Source of the DNA: Vulcanimicrobiota bacterium
Lineage (GTDB): Bacteria; Vulcanimicrobiota; Xenobia; Xenobiales; JADMJV01
DNA length: 64,000 bases
Assembly: GCA_050250895.1 (NCBI GenBank)
Contig: JBFWNU010000001.1
Coordinates: forward strand, 2,660,891 to 2,724,890
Reading direction: 5' to 3'
The notes below the pieces were generated by a model that saw only the letters and a list, made by a program, of their open reading frames with translations, had not been told where the DNA came from and ran no database searches. How positions within the stretch are numbered: the stretch's first letter is position 1; each line of letters opens with the position of its first letter. The position numbers and the translations under genes are program-made. Positions 10,096-19,974 of the stretch are shown here, in pieces.

Positions 10096-11489
10096 CCTAT
10101 CGACCTTCTTTCTTTGCGTCTCGCTCTAGCTTTTTTAGCCCTTTCACGGGCCACCGCCATGATCATTTTCGAAAATCCCCGCCAACGACTCAGCAGGTCG
10201 CCCGCGTGGGCCGCGTGCAGATAGCCCTCCAGGACGGCCTCGTCGGTGTCGGCGGGCGGGTCCAGGTGATAGAGGGGGCCCTTGCCCCGCACCTGGACCG
10301 AGCGCTGGCGGGTCATCTGCAGTAAACCTTCCCGCCCCCGCGTCAGGCCAAAACCGCTGGCTCCCCGCCCGCCAAAGGCCAACCGGGGATCGGCGGTGGG
10401 AGCGATCAGGTCGTTGATGGTGACCACTCCGACCTGTAATTGGGCGGCCGTTCGGCGCGCCCGGGCTTCGGGTCCGAAGACGGCCGCCGTCAAGCCATAG
10501 GGGCAATCGTTGACCAGCTCGATGGCCTGAGCCGTGGACTCGGTGGCCACCAGCGAGAGCACCGGCTCGAACACCGCCTCACGCACCAGCCGACACCCGG
10601 GTTGCACCCGGGTCACCACCAGCGGACCGCTGTTGGGCTGGCCCACCAGGCAGCGTCCTCCGGACTCGGCCACCCATTCGGGCAAAGCGCCGTTGAGAGG
10701 TATCCGGGCGGTTCCCTCCAGCTGGGCCACCAGCCGTTCTTCCAACTGGGTCAGCAGGGGGGCCGGCACGAAAGCCCGGCGGGGAGCCATGCAAGTCTTG
10801 CCCTGATTGAGCCGCAGGCCGAAGGCCAGGGCCCGGGCCACCAGCTCGAGGTCGGCGCCGGTCTCGATGATGACCGCGTCACACCCCGACAATTCGGCCA
10901 CCACCGGGGTCACCGTCTCGGCCGCCAGCCGCAAGACGGCACGACCGGTTGCGTTCGAACCGGTCAAAACGACCAGGTCGACCCCTTCGGCCAATAGCTG
11001 GGGAACCGTCTCGATGGCGCTGGGAGCCAGGCTCAAAGGCAGCCCCTGGGCGGCCTCGAGCAGAAACTCGAGCGGTTTCTCCATGCCCGGGGCCGGCTTG
11101 ATGATGACGGCGTTGCCCGCAGCCAGAGCCTGAAAGGCCTGGACAGCCGGTAAAAAGAACGGATAGTTGGCGGGAGCCAGAATCAGCACCACGCCGAGTG
11201 GGTCGCGGTAGACTTCGAGTTCGACCGCCCCCAGCCAGAACGGTCTTCCGGCCGCGCTGATCTTGTGAGGCGCCAGCAAGGCCTCGGCCTCGCGCTCGAG
11301 AAACCGGCAGGCGTCCAGGCTGGGAATCAGCTCGCTGGAAAGGGCTTCAGCCCGGCTGCAACCGCGCAGCTCGACCAGGCAATCGCTCAGCCCTTCGAAG
11401 CGGTCGGCCAGCCGCGTGCGAACCCGACGAAGGCGGTCCAGGCGCGAGCTGACCCCCAGACGGGCCCACTCTGCTTGGGCGGCTCTCAA
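10092..11489 (-). CDS. Aldehyde dehydrogenase, probable diapocarotenoid aldehyde dehydrogenase
   Basis: PLGVVLILAPANYP, LTGS, ELSG, NQGKTC, FGGRGASGFG. TTG start at 11489 overlaps the crtN stop (TTGA). Confidence 0.85.
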   Translation of the reverse strand: MRAAQAEWARLGVSSRLDRLRRVRTRLADRFEGLSDCLVELRGCSRAEALSSELIPSLDACRFLEREAEALLAPHKISAAGRPFWLGAVELEVYRDPLGVVLILAPANYPFFLPAVQAFQALAAGNAVIIKPAPGMEKPLEFLLEAAQGLPLSLAPSAIETVPQLLAEGVDLVVLTGSNATGRAVLRLAAETVTPVVAELSGCDAVIIETGADLELVARALAFGLRLNQGKTCMAPRRAFVPAPLLTQLEERLVAQLEGTARIPLNGALPEWVAESGGRCLVGQPNSGPLVVTRVQPGCRLVREAVFEPVLSLVATESTAQAIELVNDCPYGLTAAVFGPEARARRTAAQLQVGVVTINDLIAPTADPRLAFGGRGASGFGLTRGREGLLQMTRQRSVQVRGKGPLYHLDPPADTDEAVLEGYLHAAHAGDLLSRWRGFSKMIMAVARERAKKARARRKERRSIG

Positions 11490-12991
11490 GAGCGGAAGGC
11501 CACCCGGTTCGGGTCGAGGCCCAGGTCTTTGCACAGCAAGGTCGAGGTAATGCGGCTCGAGCTGTAGATGACCGGCAGGCCGCTGCCGGGATGGGTGCCG
11601 CCGCCGACGAGATAGACGCCGTCGAGATCGTTGAAACGGTTGCCCGGTCGCCAGTGCAGCATCTGGGTGATATTGTGGGCCAGGCTGAAAGTGGCTCCCC
11701 GATAGACCTCGAGCTGATTGCACCAGTCCTCGGGAGTCATGATGCGCTCGGTCACGATCCGATCTTCGATGTCGTGCAATCCCAACCGGCCCAACTGACG
11801 CAGCGCCAGCCGCCGGAACGAATGCTTCTCGGTCTGCCAGTCGATGTTGCCTTGCAGGTGGGGCACCGGAACCAGCAGATAGAGCGCGCTGTACCCCTCG
11901 GGGGCCAGGGTCGAGTCGGTCACCCCGGGGTTTTGCAGATAGAACGAGGGGTCGTTCGAGAGCCGGAAGTGGCGCGTGATGTCTTCGATGTTCTGCTGGT
12001 AGTCGCTCGAGAAATAGATGGTGTGGTGGGCGGCGTCCACGCTGCCCTTGATGCCAAGATAGAGCATGAAGGTCGAGCAGGAATAGCGCTTGCCCTCGAT
12101 CTTCTTGTCGGTCCACCGCTTGCGCAGGTGGTTGGGCACCAGCCGGGTCATGGCTTGGGCAAAGTCGGCGTTGATGACCAGGGCCCGGCAAGGCAGCTTC
12201 TCTTTGTTGGTGCGCACGCCCACGGCGCGGCGACCCTCGAAGAGCACTTCTTCGACCTCCTCTTCCAGGCGGAAGTCGACCCCCATCGAGCGGGCGATGT
12301 CAGCCATCTTCTCGGAAACGGCCGCGCAACCGCCCTCGGGGTGATAGACGCCATGCTCGTACTCCAGGAAGCTGAGGATGGTGAACAGGCTGGGGCACTG
12401 GAAGGGCGACATCCCCAGATACTTCGACTGGAAGGAAAAGGCCAGCCGCACCCGCGGGTCCTGGAAGAAGGTGGCCAGGTCGGCATCTACCGAGCGCCAG
12501 GGCCGGACCAAGGGCAACAGCTTGAGCATATCCAGGCTCAGCAGCCGGGTCCAGCTTTCAAACGGCGACTCGAGGATCGGGGCAAAGCTGTCGAGCTTGC
12601 GCCGGTTCTCGCGCAGAAAGGCCTCGAGATTGGTCGCGTCATGCAGCGAGAATCGGGCCACCTCGGCCTCCATCCGCTCGAGGTCGGCGGTGGCGTCGAT
12701 CTGGCCTCCATCACCGAAGACCAGCCGGTACTGGGGGTCGAGCCGGGTCATCTTGACCTCTTGAAAGAGGTCGAAACCTACCGTCTTGAAGATCTCTTCG
12801 AGAATTCGGGGATAGAGAAAGAACGTCGGCCCGCAGTCGAAGCGAAAGCCATCGGTCTCGATAGCCGAGCACCGCCCACCAACTCTTGGTAGACGTTCGA
12901 CCACAGTCACCTTGAGGCCCGCATGGGCCAGTAGCATCGCGGCTGCGAGCCCCCCCGGCCCGGCCCCTACGATGACAATCCGATCGTGCAT
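11486..12991 (-). CDS. crtN: Phytoene/diapophytoene desaturase (CrtN/CrtI family)
   Basis: GAGPGGL, FRFDCGPTF, FSFQSKYLGMSPF, YLVGGGTHPGSGLP. Confidence 0.8.
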   Translation of the reverse strand: MHDRIVIVGAGPGGLAAAMLLAHAGLKVTVVERLPRVGGRCSAIETDGFRFDCGPTFFLYPRILEEIFKTVGFDLFQEVKMTRLDPQYRLVFGDGGQIDATADLERMEAEVARFSLHDATNLEAFLRENRRKLDSFAPILESPFESWTRLLSLDMLKLLPLVRPWRSVDADLATFFQDPRVRLAFSFQSKYLGMSPFQCPSLFTILSFLEYEHGVYHPEGGCAAVSEKMADIARSMGVDFRLEEEVEEVLFEGRRAVGVRTNKEKLPCRALVINADFAQAMTRLVPNHLRKRWTDKKIEGKRYSCSTFMLYLGIKGSVDAAHHTIYFSSDYQQNIEDITRHFRLSNDPSFYLQNPGVTDSTLAPEGYSALYLLVPVPHLQGNIDWQTEKHSFRRLALRQLGRLGLHDIEDRIVTERIMTPEDWCNQLEVYRGATFSLAHNITQMLHWRPGNRFNDLDGVYLVGGGTHPGSGLPVIYSSSRITSTLLCKDLGLDPNRVAFRS

Positions 12992-13145
12992 CGGGGACGT
13001 TTTAACGCCCGGAGGGGATTTCCTGGCTCATTTCCTATGGTTACGCGCCAAGCGGCGCTGTTCAGAAACTGTTAACATTCACCGGCTAAGAGCGACCTGA
13101 ACGCCGCTGAGCAGGATTTCTCGGGTGCACCCGGCACTTGCCCGG

Positions 13146-13811
13146 ATGGCTATCCAGGCGATCGTGTTTGACATGGACGGGATACTCATCGATTCTGAGC
13201 CCTTCTGGCGCAAAGCCGAAGTGGAAGAATTCGGAGCCGTCGGGTTGCAGTTGACCGAGCAGGACTGTCACCAGACCACGGGCCTTCGCATCGACGAAGT
13301 CGTGGCCTTTCGCCACGCCCAGCAGCCCTGGAGCACTCCCTCGCAAGCCGAAGTGGCGGAACGCATCACGGCGCGGGTGGCCGAATTCGTGACCAGCCTC
13401 GGGCAACCCCTCGAGGGTGCCCGCCAGGCCCTGGAGGTAGCCCGCCAGACCGGACTGCCGCTGGGGCTGGCCTCGTCTTCGACCTATCGGCTCATCGAGT
13501 GTACGCTCGAGAGTCTCGGGCTCAAAGCCTTTTTCGATGTCATCCACTCGGCTCAGGAAGAGGCTCTGGGCAAGCCCCATCCGGCTGTCTATCTGGCCGC
13601 GGCCGCCAAGCTGGGGGTGGCGGCGCCTCACTGCCTGGCCATCGAAGATTCGCTCAACGGAGTGATCGCCGCTAAGGCCGCCCGCATGACGGTGGTAGCC
13701 ATCCCCGAAGCCCACCAGCAAGAGGATCCGCGCTTTGGCGTGGCCGACCATCGGCTGGCCGGCCTCGAGGAGCTGGTCCGTCTCTTACCGGTCCTCGTCG
13801 GAGCTGCCTGA
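13146..13811 (+). CDS. HAD-family sugar/hexitol phosphatase (HxpB/YniC-like)
   Basis: FDMDGILIDSEPFW, LASSS, GKPHPAVY, IEDSLNG. Confidence 0.88.
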   Translation: MAIQAIVFDMDGILIDSEPFWRKAEVEEFGAVGLQLTEQDCHQTTGLRIDEVVAFRHAQQPWSTPSQAEVAERITARVAEFVTSLGQPLEGARQALEVARQTGLPLGLASSSTYRLIECTLESLGLKAFFDVIHSAQEEALGKPHPAVYLAAAAKLGVAAPHCLAIEDSLNGVIAAKAARMTVVAIPEAHQQEDPRFGVADHRLAGLEELVRLLPVLVGAA

Positions 13812-14159
13812 GAGCAGGATCTGGCCGGCTTCGAGCAGAGCGTCGACGTGGGTCGGGGAGACCCCCAGGGTGCGGGCCACCAGCCGGATCTGCTCCATTT
13901 CGCCGGGGTCGACCTCGCCGTCGGCCATACTGATCTTGAGCAGCTGGTCGAGGAGCTGGGTGCGGCTGGCTTCGTCGGGAAAGGCCGAGGCCAGATCCAC
14001 CGGTTCCTTGTTCTTGCCCGCCTCGATCAGATCGGCGGCGGTCACCCCCAGCGAGCTGAGAATGTCGGCCATCGCCTCGCGTTCCTGGGCGTCAAACGAG
14101 CCGTCGGCCATGGCCATGGCCCACAGGGCCTTGAGTCGAGCGCGCATCTGGTGATCCAT
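13785..14159 (-). CDS. TerB-family protein
   Basis: Two ADG...E motifs (MADGSFDAQERE and MADGEVDPGEME). Confidence 0.75.
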   Translation of the reverse strand: MDHQMRARLKALWAMAMADGSFDAQEREAMADILSSLGVTAADLIEAGKNKEPVDLASAFPDEASRTQLLDQLLKISMADGEVDPGEMEQIRLVARTLGVSPTHVDALLEAGQILLSGSSDEDR

Positions 14160-14181
14160 CTGCTCTGGTTCTGGCCGCTGG

Positions 14182-14697
14182 CTAAGGTTCCCTACCGCCC
14201 CCCAGGTACTGCTCGAGGGCCCGCCGCGTGCTGGGGAACGAAAGGTTATGCCAGGGCAGCTCGTCGGGGCTGAAAAAGCGCGCCTGATTGCACTCTGGGC
14301 CCACCTGGGGGGTGGCTTTTTCGACCCGGGCAAGATAGACCAGCACCAGCACGATGCTGCCCGGCGAGTGAAACACTCCCAGCAGCTCCTGGGCCTGGAC
14401 TTCCAATCCCGCTTCCTCCAGGGTTTCGCGGGCGGCCGCCAGGGCTGGTTGCTCGCCGCGATCGACGTAGCCGCCAGGATAGGTCCAGGTGTCGACCGGG
14501 GCGATGGCCCGTCGCACCAGCAGAATGCGGTCGGCCTCGTCGCGAACGATGCAGCCGGCGGCCACCTTGGGATCGAGAAAGTGGATGCGTCCGCAGCCGC
14601 TGCAAACCGGGCGTTCCGCTCCCTCGACCTGGCGTGGCTCGAGGGGGCCGGCGCAAGCCGGGCAGAAGCGATAGACTTCCTGGTCGGGGTGGATCAC
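14182..14697 (-). CDS. NUDIX hydrolase with N-terminal zinc ribbon
   Basis: FCPAC...CSGC, Nudix box GGYVDRGE...AARETLEEAG, GTGA overlap. Confidence 0.88.
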   Translation of the reverse strand: MIHPDQEVYRFCPACAGPLEPRQVEGAERPVCSGCGRIHFLDPKVAAGCIVRDEADRILLVRRAIAPVDTWTYPGGYVDRGEQPALAAARETLEEAGLEVQAQELLGVFHSPGSIVLVLVYLARVEKATPQVGPECNQARFFSPDELPWHNLSFPSTRRALEQYLGGGREP

Positions 14698-15431
14698 TGG
14701 CGGTGCACGCGAAAACCGGCCGAACTTTGCATGGTGGGCATCACCTCGAGGCGATTGATGTTCACCCGGGCCGGCAGGCTGGCGCACCAGAAGACGGCCT
14801 CGGCGATATCCTCGGCCGTCAGTGGTTCGAAACCCTCATAGACGGCGTCGGCCTTTTGCCGGTCGCCAGCGAAGCGCACCAGCGAGAACTCGGTCTCGAC
14901 CATGCCCGGTTCGATGTTGGTGACCCGGATGTTCTTGCCATGCAGGTCACAGCGCAAATTGAGCGAGAACTGCTCGACGAACGCCTTGGTGCCCCCGTAG
15001 ACGTGGCCGCCCGGGTAAGGGTAAGTGCCGGCCACCGAACCGAGGTTGATGATGTGGCCGTGGTCACGCTCGACCATCCCCGGCAGAACCGCTCGGGTCA
15101 GACGCAGCAGGCCGTTGATATTCAAGTCGACCATGGCCAGCCAGTCGTCCATGGAGCACTCCCAGGCCGGGGCCATCCCGTGGGCGCAGCCGGCGTTGTT
15201 GACCAACACCGACACGGGGCCCAACTCCGCTACGAAGTCGGCCACCGCCTGACTGTCGGTGACATCGAGCGGGTGGGCCGTAGCCCTGGACCCCAGCTTC
15301 TTGGTCAGAGCCTCGAGCCGGTCCCGGCGCCGGGCGGTCAGGATGACCTGGTGGCCTTCGGCCACGAAACGCTCGGCCACCGCTTGTCCGATACCGGCTG
15401 AAGCTCCGGTGACCAGCACCAGCTCGCTCAT
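14694..15431 (-). CDS. ydfG: SDR oxidoreductase, YdfG-like NADP-dependent 3-hydroxy acid dehydrogenase
   Basis: TGASAGIG, NNAG, YGGTK, IEPGMVETEFS, LPARVNIN. Confidence 0.85.
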   Translation of the reverse strand: MSELVLVTGASAGIGQAVAERFVAEGHQVILTARRRDRLEALTKKLGSRATAHPLDVTDSQAVADFVAELGPVSVLVNNAGCAHGMAPAWECSMDDWLAMVDLNINGLLRLTRAVLPGMVERDHGHIINLGSVAGTYPYPGGHVYGGTKAFVEQFSLNLRCDLHGKNIRVTNIEPGMVETEFSLVRFAGDRQKADAVYEGFEPLTAEDIAEAVFWCASLPARVNINRLEVMPTMQSSAGFRVHRQ

Positions 15432-15781
15432 GCGCCCAGCATCTCGAAGACCGAGGTGATTTGGCGCTCGGCGCCGCAATACATGCACTTACTCAGGCGC
15501 TTGCCCAGAACCCGCCCACACTGGCCACAGCTGGCCGTCTCTTGCGAGGCGGTGCCCAACTGCTGCACCCGAGCCAGCAGCTCTTCATCGGTCATGCCGT
15601 GTTTTTCCTGGAGCAACTCCCACATAGCCCGACAGACAAGGGTCAGGTTGGCCACCTTGTCCTCGAGATACTTCAGGTTGCTCTGAGCGCTCTCGGCTGC
15701 CCGGGCCGCCGATTGAGCCTCGCCCCGGGCGCCGGCGATGTTTTGCTGCTGGCGCATTTCCCAGAAGAAACTACCTGCCAC
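15428..15781 (-). CDS. Hypothetical protein, coiled coil plus C-terminal zinc ribbon
   Basis: CGQC...CMYCG, ATGA overlap with the SDR gene. Confidence 0.75.
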   Translation of the reverse strand: MAGSFFWEMRQQQNIAGARGEAQSAARAAESAQSNLKYLEDKVANLTLVCRAMWELLQEKHGMTDEELLARVQQLGTASQETASCGQCGRVLGKRLSKCMYCGAERQITSVFEMLGA

Positions 15782-15790
15782 TTCCGCCTC

Positions 15791-17107
15791 CTAACGTCGG
15801 AAGAGACGTTGCCAGAACGTCTTCTTCTCTCCACCCACGGGTTGGGCCACCGGCTCGGGCTCGAGCCGGATCTCCTCCCCGCCGAACTCTAGCGCCCACG
15901 GCCCGGGCTTGGGATACTGCAAGACCTTGGGCAGAATCGGTCGCGGCTGGCGACCACACAGGGCCTTCCAGGCTGTCAGGGCCGAGTTGGGCGGGCGCCC
16001 CTCGTAGATCTCTTGAAGATTGAGATACCAATTCTTTAGCAACAAAGGCACCAGCTGAGGGTCGGCCTTGAGGGCCTCTTCGGTGAGGTTTTGCATCAGC
16101 TTGTTCACGTTGGGTTCGGCCTGGGCCGGCGGACCGAGCGAGTGCAGCTCGGCGCTGAGCAGGCGATAGAGCATCAGGTCGAAATCGTTGAGGCTACCGG
16201 CGTCGAGCACCTGCTTGACGGCCGCGTCCAGGAGAGGGTTGCCGGTGCGACCGTGCCAGATCTCGGCCGCCGGGCGCGACTCTTCTTCGTTCAGGTGGCT
16301 GTAGATCAGACCCAGGGCGATCTTGCCGACGTAGTTGAGGTTGACATCGCGAGCGTCGATCATCATCTCGAGGGTGCGATGATAGGTCTCGCGCCCCTCG
16401 TCGAGATGTCCGGCCGCCACCAGGCTGTCGGCCCTCTCGCCCAGGGCGGTGGTCTGGTCGGTGGCCGAAGGGGGCGGCTCTCCTTCCCGCACCATCTCGA
16501 GGCGCAGGCACAGATCAGGATGGGCCCCGCCGGCGTAGAGCCGCACCACGTCTCCCGAGACCAGCTCTTCCACCTGGCGAAACTCGCCAAATGGCCCCAG
16601 CACCTGGGTGGTCGGGGCCATCACCTTGAACTCCTTAGTCTCGCCTGCCTTGCGAATGGCCACCACGGCGGCCGTGGCCGAGACGATGTCGCCCTCGAGC
16701 GGCGGCGCCGGTTCATGGGGAATGGCATAGGAGACGATCTTGAGAAAGTCCTCGACCTGCTTTTTTTCGACCGGAAAGGGAAAGCGAAACTTTCCGTGGG
16801 AGAGATAGAGCAGCAGCATGGGATGCTGGCGCGCCAGCGACAGCACCCGCAGGCGAATCGGCTTGGGAGCGAGCTGCCCGATGATCTCGGCCGGACCGTC
16901 GGTCTGGGTTTCGAGGGTGCCGGCGGCCCGGGCGATCATGCGGCGCAGGTCTTTCATTTCGGCCGCCGACAGCGAGAGCATGATGGGTGAAGGCAGCTCG
17001 CCACAATGGAAGACCAGCCCGGCGAAACCGCTATAGCCCAGATCGACGAGATCGAGGCGGCGATCCGGCAACTCGAAGCTTGCCAGTTTGTCGAAGTCTA
17101 ACTCCAT
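15791..17107 (-). CDS. Hypothetical protein with a helical, TPR-like C-terminal half
   Basis: Long ORF with genome-typical codon bias, in an operon-like run. Confidence 0.75.
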   Translation of the reverse strand: MELDFDKLASFELPDRRLDLVDLGYSGFAGLVFHCGELPSPIMLSLSAAEMKDLRRMIARAAGTLETQTDGPAEIIGQLAPKPIRLRVLSLARQHPMLLLYLSHGKFRFPFPVEKKQVEDFLKIVSYAIPHEPAPPLEGDIVSATAAVVAIRKAGETKEFKVMAPTTQVLGPFGEFRQVEELVSGDVVRLYAGGAHPDLCLRLEMVREGEPPPSATDQTTALGERADSLVAAGHLDEGRETYHRTLEMMIDARDVNLNYVGKIALGLIYSHLNEEESRPAAEIWHGRTGNPLLDAAVKQVLDAGSLNDFDLMLYRLLSAELHSLGPPAQAEPNVNKLMQNLTEEALKADPQLVPLLLKNWYLNLQEIYEGRPPNSALTAWKALCGRQPRPILPKVLQYPKPGPWALEFGGEEIRLEPEPVAQPVGGEKKTFWQRLFRR

Positions 17108-17147
17108 GGGACCCCCTACCATTGCGGCCCTTGGCCCACTTTATCCT

Positions 17148-17552
17148 TTAGGGTACAAGCATCGTCGGCAAAGTCGCACACAGAGCCACTTTGTGGCTCA
17201 CCCCCGGCCGCGAGGAAGCGTCGACCAGGGGGCGAGAGCCTAGCACCAGCAGCTCGGCGCCGGCCTCGTTGGCCAGTTCGACAATGGCCAGATGTCGGAT
17301 GCCTACGGTTACTCGTGACGAGCCCGAGGCCAGTCCCAGACGCTCTTCTTCGGCCGAGAGCTTCTGCTGCGACTTCTGCTTGAGTTCTTCGTGGAAAGCT
17401 CGAATCTCGGGGTCATCGCTGTCCACGTCGTCGACGGCCTCGACCACGTGAACCAGTTCGAGCTGGCCCTGAGTTGCCCGGGCCAAACGCAAGGCCTCGT
17501 CGGCGGCGCGGGCCGCGAGGTCGCTAAAATCAGTGGCTACGACAATTTTCAT
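17148..17552 (-). CDS. Universal stress protein (UspA family)
   Basis: KIVVATDFS, LELVHV, AELLVLGSR. Confidence 0.88.
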   Translation of the reverse strand: MKIVVATDFSDLAARAADEALRLARATQGQLELVHVVEAVDDVDSDDPEIRAFHEELKQKSQQKLSAEEERLGLASGSSRVTVGIRHLAIVELANEAGAELLVLGSRPLVDASSRPGVSHKVALCATLPTMLVP

Positions 17553-17597
17553 ACCGCACTCTTACCCAGATCGCGACCCGTCTCCACCTGGGGGGCT

Positions 17598-17774
17598 CTA
17601 GTCTGCGTCGGGCTTTTTGCGCCTGGGCGCCAAGCGCTCGCCCACATCGGAGAACTGGCCCTCGATGGTGTCGGCAGCCTTCATCATCTCGCTGAGGATC
17701 AGTTGAGCCACATCGTTAAATCGCTCTTGTAGAGTGCGCTGGCGAGGCAGTTCCACCGGTTCATCGAGGCTCAT
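17598..17774 (-). CDS. Small hypothetical protein (58 aa)
   Basis: MSLDEPVELP...; fills the gap between same-strand genes with typical codons. Confidence 0.5.
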   Translation of the reverse strand: MSLDEPVELPRQRTLQERFNDVAQLILSEMMKAADTIEGQFSDVGERLAPRRKKPDAD

Positions 17775-17808
17775 GCGAGGGGTCTTCGACGGGCGCAGGG
17801 CGATCTCC

Positions 17809-18621
17809 CTACCCGGGCCAGTTCGAGCCTTCGCCCACCCAGTCGTCCCAGGCCGGTTCGCTTTCGCTCGGTGGCGCCTCTTCGGCCGCGGGAGCAGCTT
17901 CAGCCTCGACCGCCGGGGCGGGGGCGGGCGTCTCTTCACCGCCCCAGAAGACCTCTTCCTCGCCGCTTCCCCAGCCCTGGCCCGATTGGGCCGGGGTTTT
18001 GGGGGCCTCAGCCTTGAGCCGGTCGGTCCACACCCGAATAGCGTCCATGACATCGTCCTGGCTGTGGGCGGCGGCCTCTTCCCAGGGTGTGCGGTTGCGC
18101 TTGAGGTCGCGGGCCTTGAGCAACGACGGATAGGCCTCGAGGTGGCGCACCACCAGGTCGGTCTGACCGGTAATGGCGGCCGTGAACACGTCATGGCGGG
18201 CGCCGTGGGCCAAGAGCACCTCGACCTTGTCTTGAAAACCCTCTTCGATGGCCGTAAAGAGCGGGGTTTCGGCCGAGGCGGGCAGGTTGACGTCGGCCCC
18301 GTGGGCGCACAACAGCTGGACCATCTCGAGGTCGGCCTCGGCCACCGCCAGCACCAGGGCCGGGGTCAGCCCGCGACCCGGCTCGAAGCCGATGGCGTTG
18401 ATGTCGGCCCCGGCCTCGAGCAGGCACTCGACCACCTCGCGCTGGCCGTGCAACACGGCATAATGCAGGGCCGTGTTGGTGAAGCCGTTGGAGGTCGGCT
18501 CGAGATGACGCGCCACTCCTTCATAGGTCTGGTTTACCAGCCCCGGTTCTTGGTGCAGAAGGCTACGCAGAGTGGGAAGGTCGGCGGTTAGGACGGCTTG
18601 CCAGAAGTTGGTGACGGACAT
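17809..18621 (-). CDS. Ankyrin-repeat protein with acidic low-complexity tail
   Basis: TALHYAV...LLEAGADIN, LLCAHGADVN, TPLFTA. Confidence 0.88.
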   Translation of the reverse strand: MSVTNFWQAVLTADLPTLRSLLHQEPGLVNQTYEGVARHLEPTSNGFTNTALHYAVLHGQREVVECLLEAGADINAIGFEPGRGLTPALVLAVAEADLEMVQLLCAHGADVNLPASAETPLFTAIEEGFQDKVEVLLAHGARHDVFTAAITGQTDLVVRHLEAYPSLLKARDLKRNRTPWEEAAAHSQDDVMDAIRVWTDRLKAEAPKTPAQSGQGWGSGEEEVFWGGEETPAPAPAVEAEAAPAAEEAPPSESEPAWDDWVGEGSNWPG

Positions 18622-18658
18622 TCACGCCACTTCGCACTTTCAGCCGCGAAACCTGTGG

Positions 18659-19222
18659 TCAGGCCTTGTTGGCCTGGTTGACCATTTGCTTGGCCCGGTC
18701 AGAATACCACATGCCGATGGTGGCCCCCGAATTCATGGCCCCGTCGCCGCGAGGCAAGTCTCCGCGCAGGCTGAAATAGACCCAGAAGCCATTGAGGGCG
18801 GCCGACGGATCGGTCTCGTGTTTGGCCAGGGCGTTGGCCAGCATGCGGGCGCTGGGCAAGCGCCGAAACTTATTGAGATGGCTCAGCAGGTTGCTGATGA
18901 GTTCGGGAGTGGCCGTCATGTCGTGCTCCATCTGCAGGCGCCGCAGGCAGATATCGGCTCCGGCCACGCCGACCAGCAGGGCTACCGGGTCGAGGTTTAC
19001 CGAGCGGTTCGCCAGTTTGAGCGCGGTCGAATCGTTGACGGCTGCCCGCAGCACTTCGAGCTGCTCGCTCTTGGTGTCGCCCAGCGAGCAGAGTTCGCCT
19101 GGATGAGCCTGGCATAGCTGTTGGCGCACCAGCGGGTCTTGCAGGGCTTGTTGGCAATTCTCGCCGCAAACGGCCACCAGGCTGACAAACGGCGGAATCT
19201 TGGTCTTGAAAAGCCCTCCCAT
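18659..19222 (-). CDS. Hypothetical protein
   Basis: GAGG RBS before ATG, typical codon usage. Confidence 0.65.
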   Translation of the reverse strand: MGGLFKTKIPPFVSLVAVCGENCQQALQDPLVRQQLCQAHPGELCSLGDTKSEQLEVLRAAVNDSTALKLANRSVNLDPVALLVGVAGADICLRRLQMEHDMTATPELISNLLSHLNKFRRLPSARMLANALAKHETDPSAALNGFWVYFSLRGDLPRGDGAMNSGATIGMWYSDRAKQMVNQANKA

Positions 19223-19326
19223 GACACCCCTCACTACGGCACTTGGCCTGTTGTTTGCCGCCGTGACTCCAGTTCCTCTTCGTTTGGCCGGCAGGGGACA
19301 CCGACGAGCACAGACAAGAGGCCCCG

Positions 19327-19974
19327 GTGGAAAATCGGCGCGTTTTTGCCCGCATACCCTGCCGCCTGATCGTGTCAGTCCTTGGCTCCTCGGGAGCTTC
19401 GGTGGGAGAGATCCGAAATATCGGGCTAGGCGGCCTGCAGGCGCGTCTGCCGCGGCGACTGGCCGAGAATAGCCAGGCTCGGATCGCCCCCAATTTCGAA
19501 GGCGCCACCCCCCTGACTTACGAGGTGTGCTGGACCACCCCGGCCGGGGGCAGTTTTGATACGGGGTTTCGCTTTCCCGAGTCTTTGAGCAGCTTCTGGT
19601 TCTCGTGGGCGGCCGATCTGCTGGCCGGGGCCGACTTGACCAACAGCGAAGTGATGGAGCGTCGCCATTTGGTGCGCCTGGCCTGCAGCCTGAAAGCCGA
19701 GCTCCAGGCCGGCCAGAGCAGCTTCGTGGGAGATGTGCTCGACCTCGGCGCCGGCGGGGCGTTAGTCGAGAGCATGACCGAACTCGAGCCCGGCAGTCGG
19801 GTCAAGCTTACCATCGGCTCTCCGGTGCGAGTGGGCAACCTCGAGGCCCGTATTGCCCGTCGCTGGGAGGGCACCCCGCTACGCTACGGGTTGGAATTCG
19901 TCAATCTGCGCGAGCGCCATCGGTTGGCCCTGGTGCGCCTGCTCGACCTGCTGTTGCGCCGCGATGGGGCTTAG
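19327..19974 (+). CDS. Tandem PilZ-domain protein
   Basis: RRVFAR...NIGLGG and ERRHLVR...DLGAGG motifs; FRF/LEF domain ends. Confidence 0.8.
   Translation: MENRRVFARIPCRLIVSVLGSSGASVGEIRNIGLGGLQARLPRRLAENSQARIAPNFEGATPLTYEVCWTTPAGGSFDTGFRFPESLSSFWFSWAADLLAGADLTNSEVMERRHLVRLACSLKAELQAGQSSFVGDVLDLGAGGALVESMTELEPGSRVKLTIGSPVRVGNLEARIARRWEGTPLRYGLEFVNLRERHRLALVRLLDLLLRRDGA

Noticed and set aside
10092-12191. 699-aa aldehyde dehydrogenase with a long N-terminal extension
   Set aside because: The extension lies inside crtN in another frame; a TTGA-coupled start at 11489 fits better.
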